64,000 nt of DNA from an uncultured Clostridia bacterium. Its GTDB lineage: Bacteria; Bacillota; Clostridia; Oscillospirales; CAG-382. Position numbers and translations under genes: made by a program. This document shows positions 26,443-35,001 of this stretch, in pieces. The notes under the pieces were generated by a model that saw only the letters and a program-made list of their open reading frames with translations, searched no databases and was not told the DNA's origin. The stretch spans positions 12,129 to 76,128 of the forward strand of contig CANRIX010000012.1 of assembly GCA_947630765.1 (NCBI GenBank). Direction: 5' to 3'. Each line of letters begins with the position of its first letter. The first letter of the stretch is position 1.

Positions 26443-27237
26443 TTACTGCAATCGGAAGGTGCCGAGGACGTGCCGCTTGATCAACATGTAATCCGTCGCG
26501 TTGGTCCCGCCGTCCCAGTTCACGTCTGCGAGACGCATCTGCCTGTCCGTGAGCCGGAAGGTGCGAAGGACGTGCCGCTTGACCAGCAGATAGTCCGTCG
26601 CGTTGACCTTGCCGTCGCCGGAGACGTCGCCGTTCACGCCGTCCGGCGCGACCAGGTTCAGCCGGAGCGAGAACCGCTCTTCCGCGACGCGGAGGGCGCC
26701 GGACGCAGAGGAAAGGGAATTTTCCGGCGAAACCGTTGGGGAGCCCGGCGTCACCGTGACCGTTGTCGTGACCCCGGACTTGCGCGGACGAAAGCAAACG
26801 CTAAACAGCGTGCCGCTTGCGCGGGAGCGGTTGACGGCGCTCCCGGACGTGACGGTAAGCTCCCCCTGCGCCGCCATGGAGACGTTGACTGTTGTTACAT
26901 CGCCGTCGGGGATCATGGTCCAGCCGTCCGAATAAGCGTCGGTGAAGCAGCAGCCGGTATTCCGTTCGGACTGCGGAGTGCGCGCCAGTTCGAGCACCGT
27001 CGGGTCCCAGCGGACCGTGACGACGTAGGACGCGATCTTCGATTCGCCGCTCCCTGCCGAAAGGTTGACGGCGACGCGGAACAGGTCGGCGTCCGTCCCG
27101 CCGACGGAGATGTCGTCCGTTCGGACGGAGGCGGAAAACCTCGCTTGCGCGGCAGACGCGGCGCCGGCAGGAAACGAAAACGCGAACAGCAGCGCCAGCG
27201 CGAATGCGAGGAAAAGCAAACGTTTTTGGGCTTTGAT
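26443..27237 (-). CDS. Secreted cohesin-like + dockerin protein (small adaptor/scaffoldin-like)
   Basis: After the signal-like segment KAQKRLLFLAFALALLFAFSFPAGA comes a cohesin-like module (about 26740-27141: LFRVAVNLSAGSGESKIASYVVTVRWDPTVLEL..GTLFSVCFRPRK). Then a C-terminal dockerin (26446-26631: GDVSGDGKVNATDYLLVKRHVL..DVNWDGGTNATDYMLIKRHVLGTF). The start is uncertain: ATC 27237, TTG 27219 or TTG 27321; there is no in-frame ATG or GTG. Confidence 0.65.
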   Translation of the reverse strand: MKAQKRLLFLAFALALLFAFSFPAGAASAAQARFSASVRTDDISVGGTDADLFRVAVNLSAGSGESKIASYVVTVRWDPTVLELARTPQSERNTGCCFTDAYSDGWTMIPDGDVTTVNVSMAAQGELTVTSGSAVNRSRASGTLFSVCFRPRKSGVTTTVTVTPGSPTVSPENSLSSASGALRVAEERFSLRLNLVAPDGVNGDVSGDGKVNATDYLLVKRHVLRTFRLTDRQMRLADVNWDGGTNATDYMLIKRHVLGTFRLQ

Positions 27238-27267
27238 GGTGCAGACCCCCTTTTGCGAAGGTTTGTG

Positions 27268-27298
27268 GAAAGAGGGCGTCCGGCGGACGCCCTCTTTC
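27268..27298 (-). other. Strong intercistronic stem-loop between the GDPD and cohesin-dockerin genes
   Basis: GAAAGAGGGCGTCC / GGACGCCCTCTTTC: about 14 bp of perfect pairing around a 3-nt loop. No clean T-run follows on the minus strand, so it does not look like a full terminator. Confidence 0.7.
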
Positions 27299-27313
27299 GA
27301 TTTGGGTTGAGAA

Positions 27314-30300
27314 TTATGCAAAGAGATTGAAACTCTTGAGCACGTGACGCTTGATCAGCATGTAGTCGTTCGCATTGATTTCATCTTTGCTGTCCACCAT
27401 GACGTCCGCCGCGAGCGTCTGGATGTCGGTGAGCTTAAACGTTTTGAGCGCGCCGCGCTTGACGAGCATGTAGTCGAACGCGTCGACCTTGCCGTTGCTG
27501 TTGATGTCGCCGCGGACGATGATGGTCGCCTTCTTGCCCTTGTACTCGATCGTATAGCCGTTGCCGATGACGTCGACGTCGGTGACTTCTTCGCCTTTCG
27601 CGTCATAGATCTTCGCGTTTCCTGCGTCCGCGATGGCGAGCAGGAAATCCTTCGCAGAGGTCTTTTCCGCGACGCCGGTCAGCTTGTCGCCGTCGAGCGT
27701 GTAATCCGTGCTGTTGACCGTCAGGGTGTCAATATCGCCGACTTTGACGGTGATCGGCTGGGTGTACAGCGTATACTTGGTCGCGCCGTCCGGCATGGTC
27801 GCCTCGTAGGAAACCATGACCGTCGCTTCGCCGTTCTTCTTCGCGGTCAGCGTGCCATCCTCGTTGACTTCGACGACGCCGTCGTTATCGAGCGGGATGA
27901 TCTTGGCCGACGCGCCGATGCTGGTGCTGCCGTTGCCGTAGGTAACAGCCTTGGCGTTGAGCGCGAAGGTGTTGTTCGTGGCCGCTCTAATGGTGTCCGG
28001 CGCGGTGATGGTCTTGACCACGGTCTTGAAGTACGCCGCGTCATTGGTCGTAAGCCCGTTCATGCCGGCGAGGAACATCTGGTTGACGGTTGAGCGGACG
28101 CTGGACGAATAGGTCCAGGTCCAGAACGTCATGCCGCGGTCGCCCGCATCGCGAATATATTCCGCGTTGATGCCGCCGTAGGACGGGCCAAGCGTACCGT
28201 TGCAGTTGAGCGCGCTGGTCTGGAGCGAGTAGTAGCCGTTGAGGACCGCTGCCGTGTCCGTGACTTGCGCGACCGTGCCGCCGAGCAGGTCGGCGCAGGT
28301 GTTCAGTTCCTGCTTGATGAGACGGACCTGATTGCTGTGGAAGCTGATGTAGACGACCTGGTCTTCCATTTCGTATTTCTTGACCAGTTCGGCGGTCTTT
28401 TTCGGCAGCTCCGCCTGATCTTCCTTCAGCTCGCAGAGGATCTTGATGTCCTTATCCTTGAATTCGATGAGCATTTCCTCGAAGGTCGGGATCGGTTCGT
28501 CCGTGCCGTCGAGCGTGTATTGACGAAGCTCGTCAAAGGTCTTGTCGTGGATATAGCCCGTGCCGGCGGTGGTGCGGTCGATGGTGTCGTCGTGCATGAC
28601 CATGACGACGCCGTCCTTGGAAAGGTGCACGTCGGTTTCGAGGTTATCCACGCCCTCTCTGTAGGCGGCTCTGTAGGCGGCCATGGAGTTCTCCGCGTAC
28701 TTTTCCGAGTAGCCTCTGTGCGCGGTGTAGACCGAGGTGCGGGTCAGGGAATTCTCCGCGGTAAAGAGCTTGGTTTCCGCTTCCGAAACCAGCGCGTAGT
28801 TGTCGGAAATGACCGCATTCGCGCCGGAAGCCAGCAGATAGGCCGCCTGGGTATTGGTGGTGACGCCCGTGCCGAGCGCCCAGACGGAAAGCTGGAACTG
28901 CTGCAGCACCGCGACGTTCTCCTTGGTTGCGAGCGCGTACGGCAGCAGGATGCCCTGCGCGTTTGCGCCGGCGGCCGTCTGGTACGCGGCAAAGCGCTCG
29001 TCGGCGGTCATGGTTTCCGCCGTGACTTCGTAGATACCGCGGAGGTTCGCAGGTCTCTGCTCACGCGCGGACTTCAAAAGTTCGGCGCTCGGCGTGACGA
29101 CCACGGCTTCCGGCACCAGCGTGCTCTTGAGCGCCGTGACCAGATTGGTCAGCTGCGCATCGGTAGTGATGCGGAATTCCGGAATGATCTTTTTGTCGTA
29201 GCAGGTCGTCAGATAGGTCTCGAATTTAGCGGCGGTAACGTCAGCCGCGACGTCCAGCAGGACCGCGACCGGGCGCTTCTCGGCGTTGACGATCGCGTTG
29301 AACGCGGCTTCGTCCTTCGCGTAAGCCTGGTCGGACACATAGCTGGTGATGTTGGATTGCGGACGGTTTGCGCTGGTGTCGATCAGATTATCCCGCTCCG
29401 GCAGTTTTTCCGGCGCCTGCTCCATCACGGTGACCTTGATGGAATCCACGTTCAGAACGCCCTGGTCGGAGAGAAGACCGAGGAGACCGGTGGTTTCTTC
29501 GTGCTTGGTGTTCTTCAGCTTGGAGATGTCCTCCACATAAATGGCCCGCTCTCCGTCCACCGAGAAGGCGGCGGAACCGCCGAAGAGGTTGAGGGTGAGG
29601 TCGTGGTAGCCGGTGATCATGTTCAGCACATAGGAGATGCGAAGGTCATATTCGGTGTTTACATAAGGATATTCCCACGCCCCGTTGTGCATCCCCGAAA
29701 ATTCGAGGGTGTTGGCGGTCTGATTGGCGCGAATGGTAATGTGGCGCTCCTCTTTGTAGGTACCGTCGTCCTTCACATGGAACATAATGGCGCTCCAGCG
29801 AGCGGAGTTGGCGACTTCCGTCTGGCTGGCGCTCATCGTGATGGCGTAATCGCCGAAGTCTCCCAGCCATTTCGGGAGCATGAGCTTGGATTGTCCGATG
29901 CTTGTCGCGCCCAAGTGCAGCGCACCGTCGGAGACGCTGTACGGGGAAGCGCCGCCGGCCGCATTTTTCCCTTCGATCCAGCCGTCTGCGGCGAGGGAAG
30001 CGGTGGTAGCCGAATCAAAATCGTTTTCGTACAGGACGAACTCGGTTTCATCCGGGTTCTTCGCGACCACATAGACGTTTTTGGTGGTCGTCCCGGCGGT
30101 CGCGGTCAGCGTCGTCACGCCTTTTTTATCCGGCGTGACCGTGGTGACGGCGCTGTCGCCGTTCTTCCAGGTGATGTCCTTGGCGGCGAGGGTGGTGTTT
30201 GCATCGACCTGAACGCTGACCTTCGTCAAGTCGATTTCCGTGCCCACGTCGACGGTCAACGCCGGGTTGGTGTAGGTCAGGGTGATCTCGGCGCTTTCCG

Positions 30301-30388
30301 CCACCGTCGCGGGAACGGAAAGGGACGAAACGACCGTTGCCAGCATCAACACAGTGAGCAGGACGGAAAGAATGCGTTTTGCTTTCAT
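27314..30388 (-). CDS. Secreted multidomain glycerophosphodiester phosphodiesterase (GDPD) with Big_2, LamG/ConA-like and C-terminal dockerin modules
   Basis: 1024 aa from the ATG at 30388 (RBS AAGGAG), with signal MKAKRILSVLLTVLMLATVVSSLSVPATVAES. GDPD core at about 28100-28740 (YTAHRGYS..ENSMAAY..ETDVHLSKDGVVMVMHDDTIDRTT). Dockerin at 27317-27511 (GDINSNGKVDAFDYMLVKRGAL..EINANDYMLIKRHVLKSF). The ORF-track start at 30931 is a shadow over murQ. Confidence 0.88.
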   Translation of the reverse strand: MKAKRILSVLLTVLMLATVVSSLSVPATVAESAEITLTYTNPALTVDVGTEIDLTKVSVQVDANTTLAAKDITWKNGDSAVTTVTPDKKGVTTLTATAGTTTKNVYVVAKNPDETEFVLYENDFDSATTASLAADGWIEGKNAAGGASPYSVSDGALHLGATSIGQSKLMLPKWLGDFGDYAITMSASQTEVANSARWSAIMFHVKDDGTYKEERHITIRANQTANTLEFSGMHNGAWEYPYVNTEYDLRISYVLNMITGYHDLTLNLFGGSAAFSVDGERAIYVEDISKLKNTKHEETTGLLGLLSDQGVLNVDSIKVTVMEQAPEKLPERDNLIDTSANRPQSNITSYVSDQAYAKDEAAFNAIVNAEKRPVAVLLDVAADVTAAKFETYLTTCYDKKIIPEFRITTDAQLTNLVTALKSTLVPEAVVVTPSAELLKSAREQRPANLRGIYEVTAETMTADERFAAYQTAAGANAQGILLPYALATKENVAVLQQFQLSVWALGTGVTTNTQAAYLLASGANAVISDNYALVSEAETKLFTAENSLTRTSVYTAHRGYSEKYAENSMAAYRAAYREGVDNLETDVHLSKDGVVMVMHDDTIDRTTAGTGYIHDKTFDELRQYTLDGTDEPIPTFEEMLIEFKDKDIKILCELKEDQAELPKKTAELVKKYEMEDQVVYISFHSNQVRLIKQELNTCADLLGGTVAQVTDTAAVLNGYYSLQTSALNCNGTLGPSYGGINAEYIRDAGDRGMTFWTWTYSSSVRSTVNQMFLAGMNGLTTNDAAYFKTVVKTITAPDTIRAATNNTFALNAKAVTYGNGSTSIGASAKIIPLDNDGVVEVNEDGTLTAKKNGEATVMVSYEATMPDGATKYTLYTQPITVKVGDIDTLTVNSTDYTLDGDKLTGVAEKTSAKDFLLAIADAGNAKIYDAKGEEVTDVDVIGNGYTIEYKGKKATIIVRGDINSNGKVDAFDYMLVKRGALKTFKLTDIQTLAADVMVDSKDEINANDYMLIKRHVLKSFNLFA

Positions 30389-30441
30389 TGAGGTGAACTC
30401 CTTTTCTGCGATTTTATCTGTTTTTCTTTTTTCTCTCTCGG

Positions 30442-31293
30442 TTATTCGCACGACCCCGACAGCCCCGTGCCCGCTTCGATCGCGTCCATCGCATCGGCAA
30501 TAACGTTGTGCGCCTTTTCCAGCTCGCGCGCCGCGCGTTCGGGGGCGCAGCCGGTCTTTTGGCAGATCATGCGGATCGCCCGGTCGACCAATTTGCGGTT
30601 GGACGGGATCATGTACGCCATATAATTCCCGCGCACCCGCCCGAAGCGGACCATCCCGCCGGTCGAGAGCATATTGAGGATCATTTTCTGCGCCGTGCCG
30701 GCCTTCATGCGGGTCGAGCCGCTGATGACCTCGGGGCCGACCTCGGCGATGATCGCGAGGTCCGAAAGCGGGATCAGGTCGCTGCCACGGTTGCAGGAGA
30801 TGCAGACGGTTTTCGCCCCGCACGACCGCGCGTACCGCAACGCACCCTTGACGCATTCCGCCGAGCCGCTCGCGGAGATCGCGACGAGCAGATCCGCTTC
30901 GCCGAACGCGTATTCCCCGCGCAGCAGGCAAACCAGACTATCCGGGTCGTCCTCGGCGTCCTCGGAAGGGTGGATCAGCGCGCTGGTTCCGCCCGCCATC
31001 AGACCGATGACGCGGTCCTGCAAACCGTACGTCGGCGGGATCTCGGCCGCGTCCACCACGCCGAGCCGCCCGGACGTTCCCGCGCCGCAGTAGAACACGC
31101 GACCGCCCGCACGCAGCGCACCGGCGAACAGCTCGATCCCTTCGGCGACCTGCGGCAGGCAACGCTCCACCGCGAGCGCGACGGTCTGGTCCTCCCGGTT
31201 GATCAGCCGGGCGATCTCCAGCGCGTCCATTCTGTCGATGGACGCGGCGGCGGCATTTTCGCCCTCCGTTGCAAGTTTGCCAAAATCTGCCAT
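30442..31293 (-). CDS. murQ: N-acetylmuramic acid 6-phosphate etherase
   Basis: 283 aa. SIS-domain MurQ signature: LATEGENAAAASIDRMDALEIARLINRED..VFYCGAGTSGRLGVVDAAEIPPTYG..ISASGS..GSTRMKAGTAQK. Confidence 0.92.
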   Translation of the reverse strand: MADFGKLATEGENAAAASIDRMDALEIARLINREDQTVALAVERCLPQVAEGIELFAGALRAGGRVFYCGAGTSGRLGVVDAAEIPPTYGLQDRVIGLMAGGTSALIHPSEDAEDDPDSLVCLLRGEYAFGEADLLVAISASGSAECVKGALRYARSCGAKTVCISCNRGSDLIPLSDLAIIAEVGPEVISGSTRMKAGTAQKMILNMLSTGGMVRFGRVRGNYMAYMIPSNRKLVDRAIRMICQKTGCAPERAARELEKAHNVIADAMDAIEAGTGLSGSCE

Positions 31294-31321
31294 TTGTTTC
31301 CCTTTCTGGCGCCGAAAAACG

Positions 31322-31337
31322 GTATCGGAACCGATAC
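31322..31337. promoter_or_regulatory. Operator-like palindrome at the predicted murQ transcription start
   Basis: GTATCGG-AA-CCGATAC (7-2-7 inverted repeat), 6 nt downstream of the murQ -10 box and 29 nt upstream of the murQ ATG. Confidence 0.45.
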
Positions 31338-31343
31338 AAGTTT

Positions 31344-31372
31344 ATTTTAACACAGAAGAAGCGGTTTGTCAA
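31344..31372 (-). promoter_or_regulatory. Sigma-A-type promoter (minus strand) of murQ / GDPD-dockerin / cohesin-dockerin
   Basis: Read on the minus strand: TTGACA (31372-31367), 17 nt, TAAAAT (31349-31344). Confidence 0.65.
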
Positions 31373-31414
31373 TCGTTTTTGCAATTTCTTTTCGGAAAAA
31401 TGTCTTAAAACCCG

Positions 31415-31443
31415 TTGACAAAAAAAGGGAGATATGGTAGTAT
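31415..31443 (+). promoter_or_regulatory. Sigma-A-type promoter of the GT2 gene cluster (divergent from murQ)
   Basis: TTGACA (31415-31420), 17 nt, TAGTAT (31438-31443). Confidence 0.55.
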
Positions 31444-31480
31444 TGAATAAAGTAGGTCAGAGAAGGGGGAGAGCGTGAAA

Positions 31481-32467
31481 ATGGCGGAGCAAAAACAGGG
31501 AAAACCGCGTATCAGCGTCATGGTTCCCTGCTATAATGAGGAGGAATCCCTGCCGCTTTTCCGCGCGGAGATCTGCCGGGTGATGGAGCTGATGCCGCAG
31601 TATGCGTTCGAGGTGATCCTCGTCGATGACGGGTCGCGGGACGGAACGCTCGGATTGATGCGGCAGGCCGCGTCGGAGGACGAGCGGTTCCGTTACGTTT
31701 CGTTCACCCGCAATTTCGGCAAGGAGGCGGCCATGTACGCCGCGCTGCAGGTGTCCCGCGGGGATTACGTCGTCTATATGGACGCGGACCTGCAGGACCC
31801 GCCGGCGCTTTTGCCGCAGATGATGGAAAAGCTCGAACAGGACGAAACGCTCGACAGCGTCGGCACCCGCCGAAGCTCCCGCAAGGGCGAACCGCCGATC
31901 CGCAGCTTCTTCGCAAACCTGTTCTACCGCATGATCAACCGCATTTCCGACGTCCGGCTGATCCCCGCCGCGCGGGATTACCGGCTTATGACCCGCCGCA
32001 TGGCGGATTCGGTGCTGTCGCTGTGCGAGTACAACCGATTTTCCAAGGGCATTTTCGAGTGGGTCGGCTATCGGACGGAATGGATCTCCTATGAGAATAT
32101 CGAGCGTTCCGCCGGAAAGACCAAATTTTCCTTCTGGAAGCTGTTTAAGTATTCGTTGGAGTGCATCGTCGCGTTCTCGACGGCACCGCTCGCGATCGCG
32201 TCCGTGATGGGCGTGTTGTTCTGCTTCGCGTCGTTCGTGGGGATCCTCGTCATCATCATCCGTGCGCTGCTCGGTGTGTCGTCCGCGTTCGGCTGGCCGT
32301 CCATGATGTGCGTGATCCTGTTCGTCGGCGGGATGCTGGAGCTGTCCATCGGCATTCTGGGCGAATACCTGTCGAAGGCGTACCTCGAAACCAAGCGGCG
32401 TCCGATCTACCTTGCGCGGGAAACGGAGGAGGACCTGCGGAAGAAGCGGGAGAAGGAAGGCGACTGA
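31481..32467 (+). CDS. Family-2 glycosyltransferase, polyprenyl-phosphate sugar transferase type (GtrB/CsbB-like)
   Basis: About 328 aa. ATG at 31481 lies 10 nt after GGGGGA; a GTG at 31475 is also possible. Motifs: ISVMVPCYNEE, VDDGSRDGT, DADLQDPP. Two C-terminal TM helices, as in GtrB. Confidence 0.88.
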   Translation: MAEQKQGKPRISVMVPCYNEEESLPLFRAEICRVMELMPQYAFEVILVDDGSRDGTLGLMRQAASEDERFRYVSFTRNFGKEAAMYAALQVSRGDYVVYMDADLQDPPALLPQMMEKLEQDETLDSVGTRRSSRKGEPPIRSFFANLFYRMINRISDVRLIPAARDYRLMTRRMADSVLSLCEYNRFSKGIFEWVGYRTEWISYENIERSAGKTKFSFWKLFKYSLECIVAFSTAPLAIASVMGVLFCFASFVGILVIIIRALLGVSSAFGWPSMMCVILFVGGMLELSIGILGEYLSKAYLETKRRPIYLARETEEDLRKKREKEGD

Positions 32468-32806
32468 ATGTTCGGCAGGAAACGGAAGGACAAACCGCCC
32501 CGCAACACGGACAGCCCGGAGTTCCGGCTCTGGATGGCGGAAAGGCTGGACGGGCGGACGCTGCGCTATATCCTCGAACGGGAGGAAAACGGGGAGGAGC
32601 GGGTGCTCGCGAAGGGCGGCGTCCTGAGCAATTATGAAGGGAATTTCAGCGTCATCAGCGGGGAAAAGACGATTTTTTGCGTCAGATCCGCCGACCTGCA
32701 CGCGTGGGAGTTCCTTTCGCTGGAAGGCGCGACGCTGACCGGCTATGATCAGACGGTAGGCAGGGAACGAACCATCCTCGCTTACTATAAATACTACAGA
32801 GATTGA
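32468..32806 (+). CDS. Hypothetical soluble protein (no family recognised)
   Basis: 112 aa. The ATG abuts the GT2 stop (TGAATG), suggesting translational coupling. Basic N-terminus MFGRKRKDKPPRN, no TM, C-terminal YYKYYRD. Confidence 0.5.
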   Translation: MFGRKRKDKPPRNTDSPEFRLWMAERLDGRTLRYILEREENGEERVLAKGGVLSNYEGNFSVISGEKTIFCVRSADLHAWEFLSLEGATLTGYDQTVGRERTILAYYKYYRD

Positions 32807-32830
32807 CAAAACGTCAAGGAGGAATTGTTC

Positions 32831-33922
32831 ATGGACAAAAAGTTAAGAATCGGCGTCATCGGGTGCGGCGGCATCGCCAACGGCAAGCATCTGCCGTCGC
32901 TCAAGAAGTGCTCCGACCTCGCGGAAATGGTGTGGTTCTGCGACCTGGTGCAGTCCAAAGCGGAGGCCGCCGCCAAGGCGTACGGAACGCCGGACGCGAA
33001 GGTCACGACGGACTACAAGGAGGTCCTCGCGGACCCGACCGTGGACGTGGTACATGTCTGCACGCCGAACCGCTCCCACAGCTTCATCACCGTCGATGCG
33101 CTCGAAGCGGGCAAGCACGTCATGTGCGAAAAGCCGATGGCGATCAACGCCGCGGAGGCGCAGAAGATGCTCGACGCCGCGAAGCGCACCGGCAAGAAGC
33201 TGACCATCGGCTACCAGAACCGGCAGCGCCCGGATTCGCTCTTCATCAAGCGGGAGTGCGAGGAAGGCACGCTGGGCGAGATCTACTACGCGAAGGCGAC
33301 GGCGATCCGCCGCAGGGCGGTCCCGACGTGGGGCGTGTTCATGAACGAGTACGAGCAGGGCGGCGGTCCGCTGATCGACATCGGCACGCACGCGCTGGAC
33401 CTGACGCTCTGGTGCATGAACAACTATGCGCCGAAGTACTGCGTCGGCACGGTCTACCACAAGCTCGGCGAGAAGTTTCCGACCGGCAACGCCTGGGGCG
33501 ACTGGAAGAGCGGCGACCTGACCGTTGAGGACAGCGCGTTCGGCTTCATCGTCATGGAGAACGGCGCGACCATCGTCCTCGAATCCAGTTGGGCGCTGAA
33601 TATGCTCGACCCGCGTGAGGCGATCACGACGCTTTGCGGCACGGAGGGCGGTGCGGATATGCTGGACGGCGTGCGGATCAACGGCATCCGTCAGGGTCGT
33701 CAGTACGTCCTCAAGCCCGACCTGAACGCAGGCGGCGTCGCCTTCTACGAGGGGACCGGCAACGGCACGCCGGAGGAGCGCGAAGCCCGCAGCTGGCTCA
33801 ACGCGGTGCTGAACGATACCGACCCGTTCGTCCTGCCGGAGCAGGCGTTGGTCGTCAGCCGCATTCTGGAGGGCATCTATGTGTCCGCCAAGACCGGGGA
33901 ACCGTATTACTTCAATAAATAA
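32831..33922 (+). CDS. Gfo/Idh/MocA-family NAD(P)-dependent oxidoreductase
   Basis: 363 aa. ATG lies 7 nt after AAGGAGG. Rossmann start: LRIGVIGCGGIANGKHLP. Family motif: VHVCTPNRSH..ALEAGKHVMCEKP. Confidence 0.88.
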   Translation: MDKKLRIGVIGCGGIANGKHLPSLKKCSDLAEMVWFCDLVQSKAEAAAKAYGTPDAKVTTDYKEVLADPTVDVVHVCTPNRSHSFITVDALEAGKHVMCEKPMAINAAEAQKMLDAAKRTGKKLTIGYQNRQRPDSLFIKRECEEGTLGEIYYAKATAIRRRAVPTWGVFMNEYEQGGGPLIDIGTHALDLTLWCMNNYAPKYCVGTVYHKLGEKFPTGNAWGDWKSGDLTVEDSAFGFIVMENGATIVLESSWALNMLDPREAITTLCGTEGGADMLDGVRINGIRQGRQYVLKPDLNAGGVAFYEGTGNGTPEEREARSWLNAVLNDTDPFVLPEQALVVSRILEGIYVSAKTGEPYYFNK

Positions 33923-33942
33923 AGAATAAGGAGGCAATCCCT

Positions 33943-34911
33943 ATGAAGCTGGGCGTTATCACCGTCCTGTTCGGCGACCAACCGCTGAACGAGGCGCTCG
34001 CGTACCTCAAATCCATCGGCATCGAGGAGCTTGAAGTCGGCGCCGGTGGGTATCCGGGCAAGGCGCACTGCGACCCTGCGGTCCTGCTGAAGGACGAGCG
34101 CAAGCTCGCGGAATTCCGCGAGACCATCGAAACCTACGGAATGCCGATCAACGCGTTCGGCTGCCACGGCAACCCGGTACACCCGGACAAGGAGATCCGC
34201 GAGAAGTACCGCGCGGACTTCCACGACGCGATCCTGCTGGCGGAAAAGCTGGGGATCCGTAAGATCATCGGTTTCTCCGGCTGTCCCGGCGACTGCGAAA
34301 CCTCCCGCAACCCGAACTGGGTCACCTGCCCGTGGCCGAACGAGTATTACGACGTGCTCCAGTGGCAGTGGGAGAAGGTCCTGATCCCCTATTGGAAAGA
34401 GGAAGTCAAGTTCGCCGAGGCGCACGGCATCGAGAAGATCGCGTTGGAGATGCACCCGGGCTTCTGCGTGTACAACCCGGAAACGCTTCTGCACCTGCGG
34501 AGCGAAGTCGGCAAGCTGATCGGTGCGAACCTCGACCCGTCCCATTTGATCTGGCAGGGCATCGACCCGGTCGCCGCGACCCGTGCGCTCGGCGACGCGA
34601 TCTATCACGTCCACGCAAAGGACACGAAGGTGGATCGGCTCAACGTCGCGGTCAACGGCGTGCTGGACACCAAGCCGTATGCGGACGAACTGCACCGTGC
34701 GTGGGTGTTCCGCTCCGTCGGGTACGGCAACGATATGCAGTACTGGCGGGACTTCATCAGCAACCTGCGTTTGGTGGGGTACGACGACATCCTCTCCATC
34801 GAGCACGAGGACAGCATCATGACCAATCGCGAGGGGCTGGAAAAGGCCGCCTACTTCCTCAAGCAGGCGATCATTCGCGAACCGAAGCCGACCGGCATGT
34901 GGTGGGTGTAA
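33943..34911 (+). CDS. Xylose-isomerase-like TIM-barrel protein (sugar phosphate isomerase/epimerase family)
   Basis: 322 aa. MKLGVIT..LAYLKSIGIEELEV, IALEMHPG, ILSIEHED: typical AP_endonuc_2/TIM-barrel metal-ligand contexts. Confidence 0.8.
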   Translation: MKLGVITVLFGDQPLNEALAYLKSIGIEELEVGAGGYPGKAHCDPAVLLKDERKLAEFRETIETYGMPINAFGCHGNPVHPDKEIREKYRADFHDAILLAEKLGIRKIIGFSGCPGDCETSRNPNWVTCPWPNEYYDVLQWQWEKVLIPYWKEEVKFAEAHGIEKIALEMHPGFCVYNPETLLHLRSEVGKLIGANLDPSHLIWQGIDPVAATRALGDAIYHVHAKDTKVDRLNVAVNGVLDTKPYADELHRAWVFRSVGYGNDMQYWRDFISNLRLVGYDDILSIEHEDSIMTNREGLEKAAYFLKQAIIREPKPTGMWWV

Positions 34912-34952
34912 GTCCCGTAAAACCTGCGGCTTTGTTGCCGAAAAACGCATCG

Positions 34953-34990
34953 AAAAAGGGTGCGGCGCTGAAAACGCCGCACCCTTTTTT
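34953..34990. terminator. Bidirectional rho-independent terminator between convergent genes
   Basis: GGGTGCGGCG (34958-34967) pairs with CGCCGCACCC (34975-34984). It is flanked by AAAAA (34953-34957) and TTTTTT (34985-34990). Confidence 0.85.
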
Positions 34991-35001
34991 AGACGGAGCG
35001 G

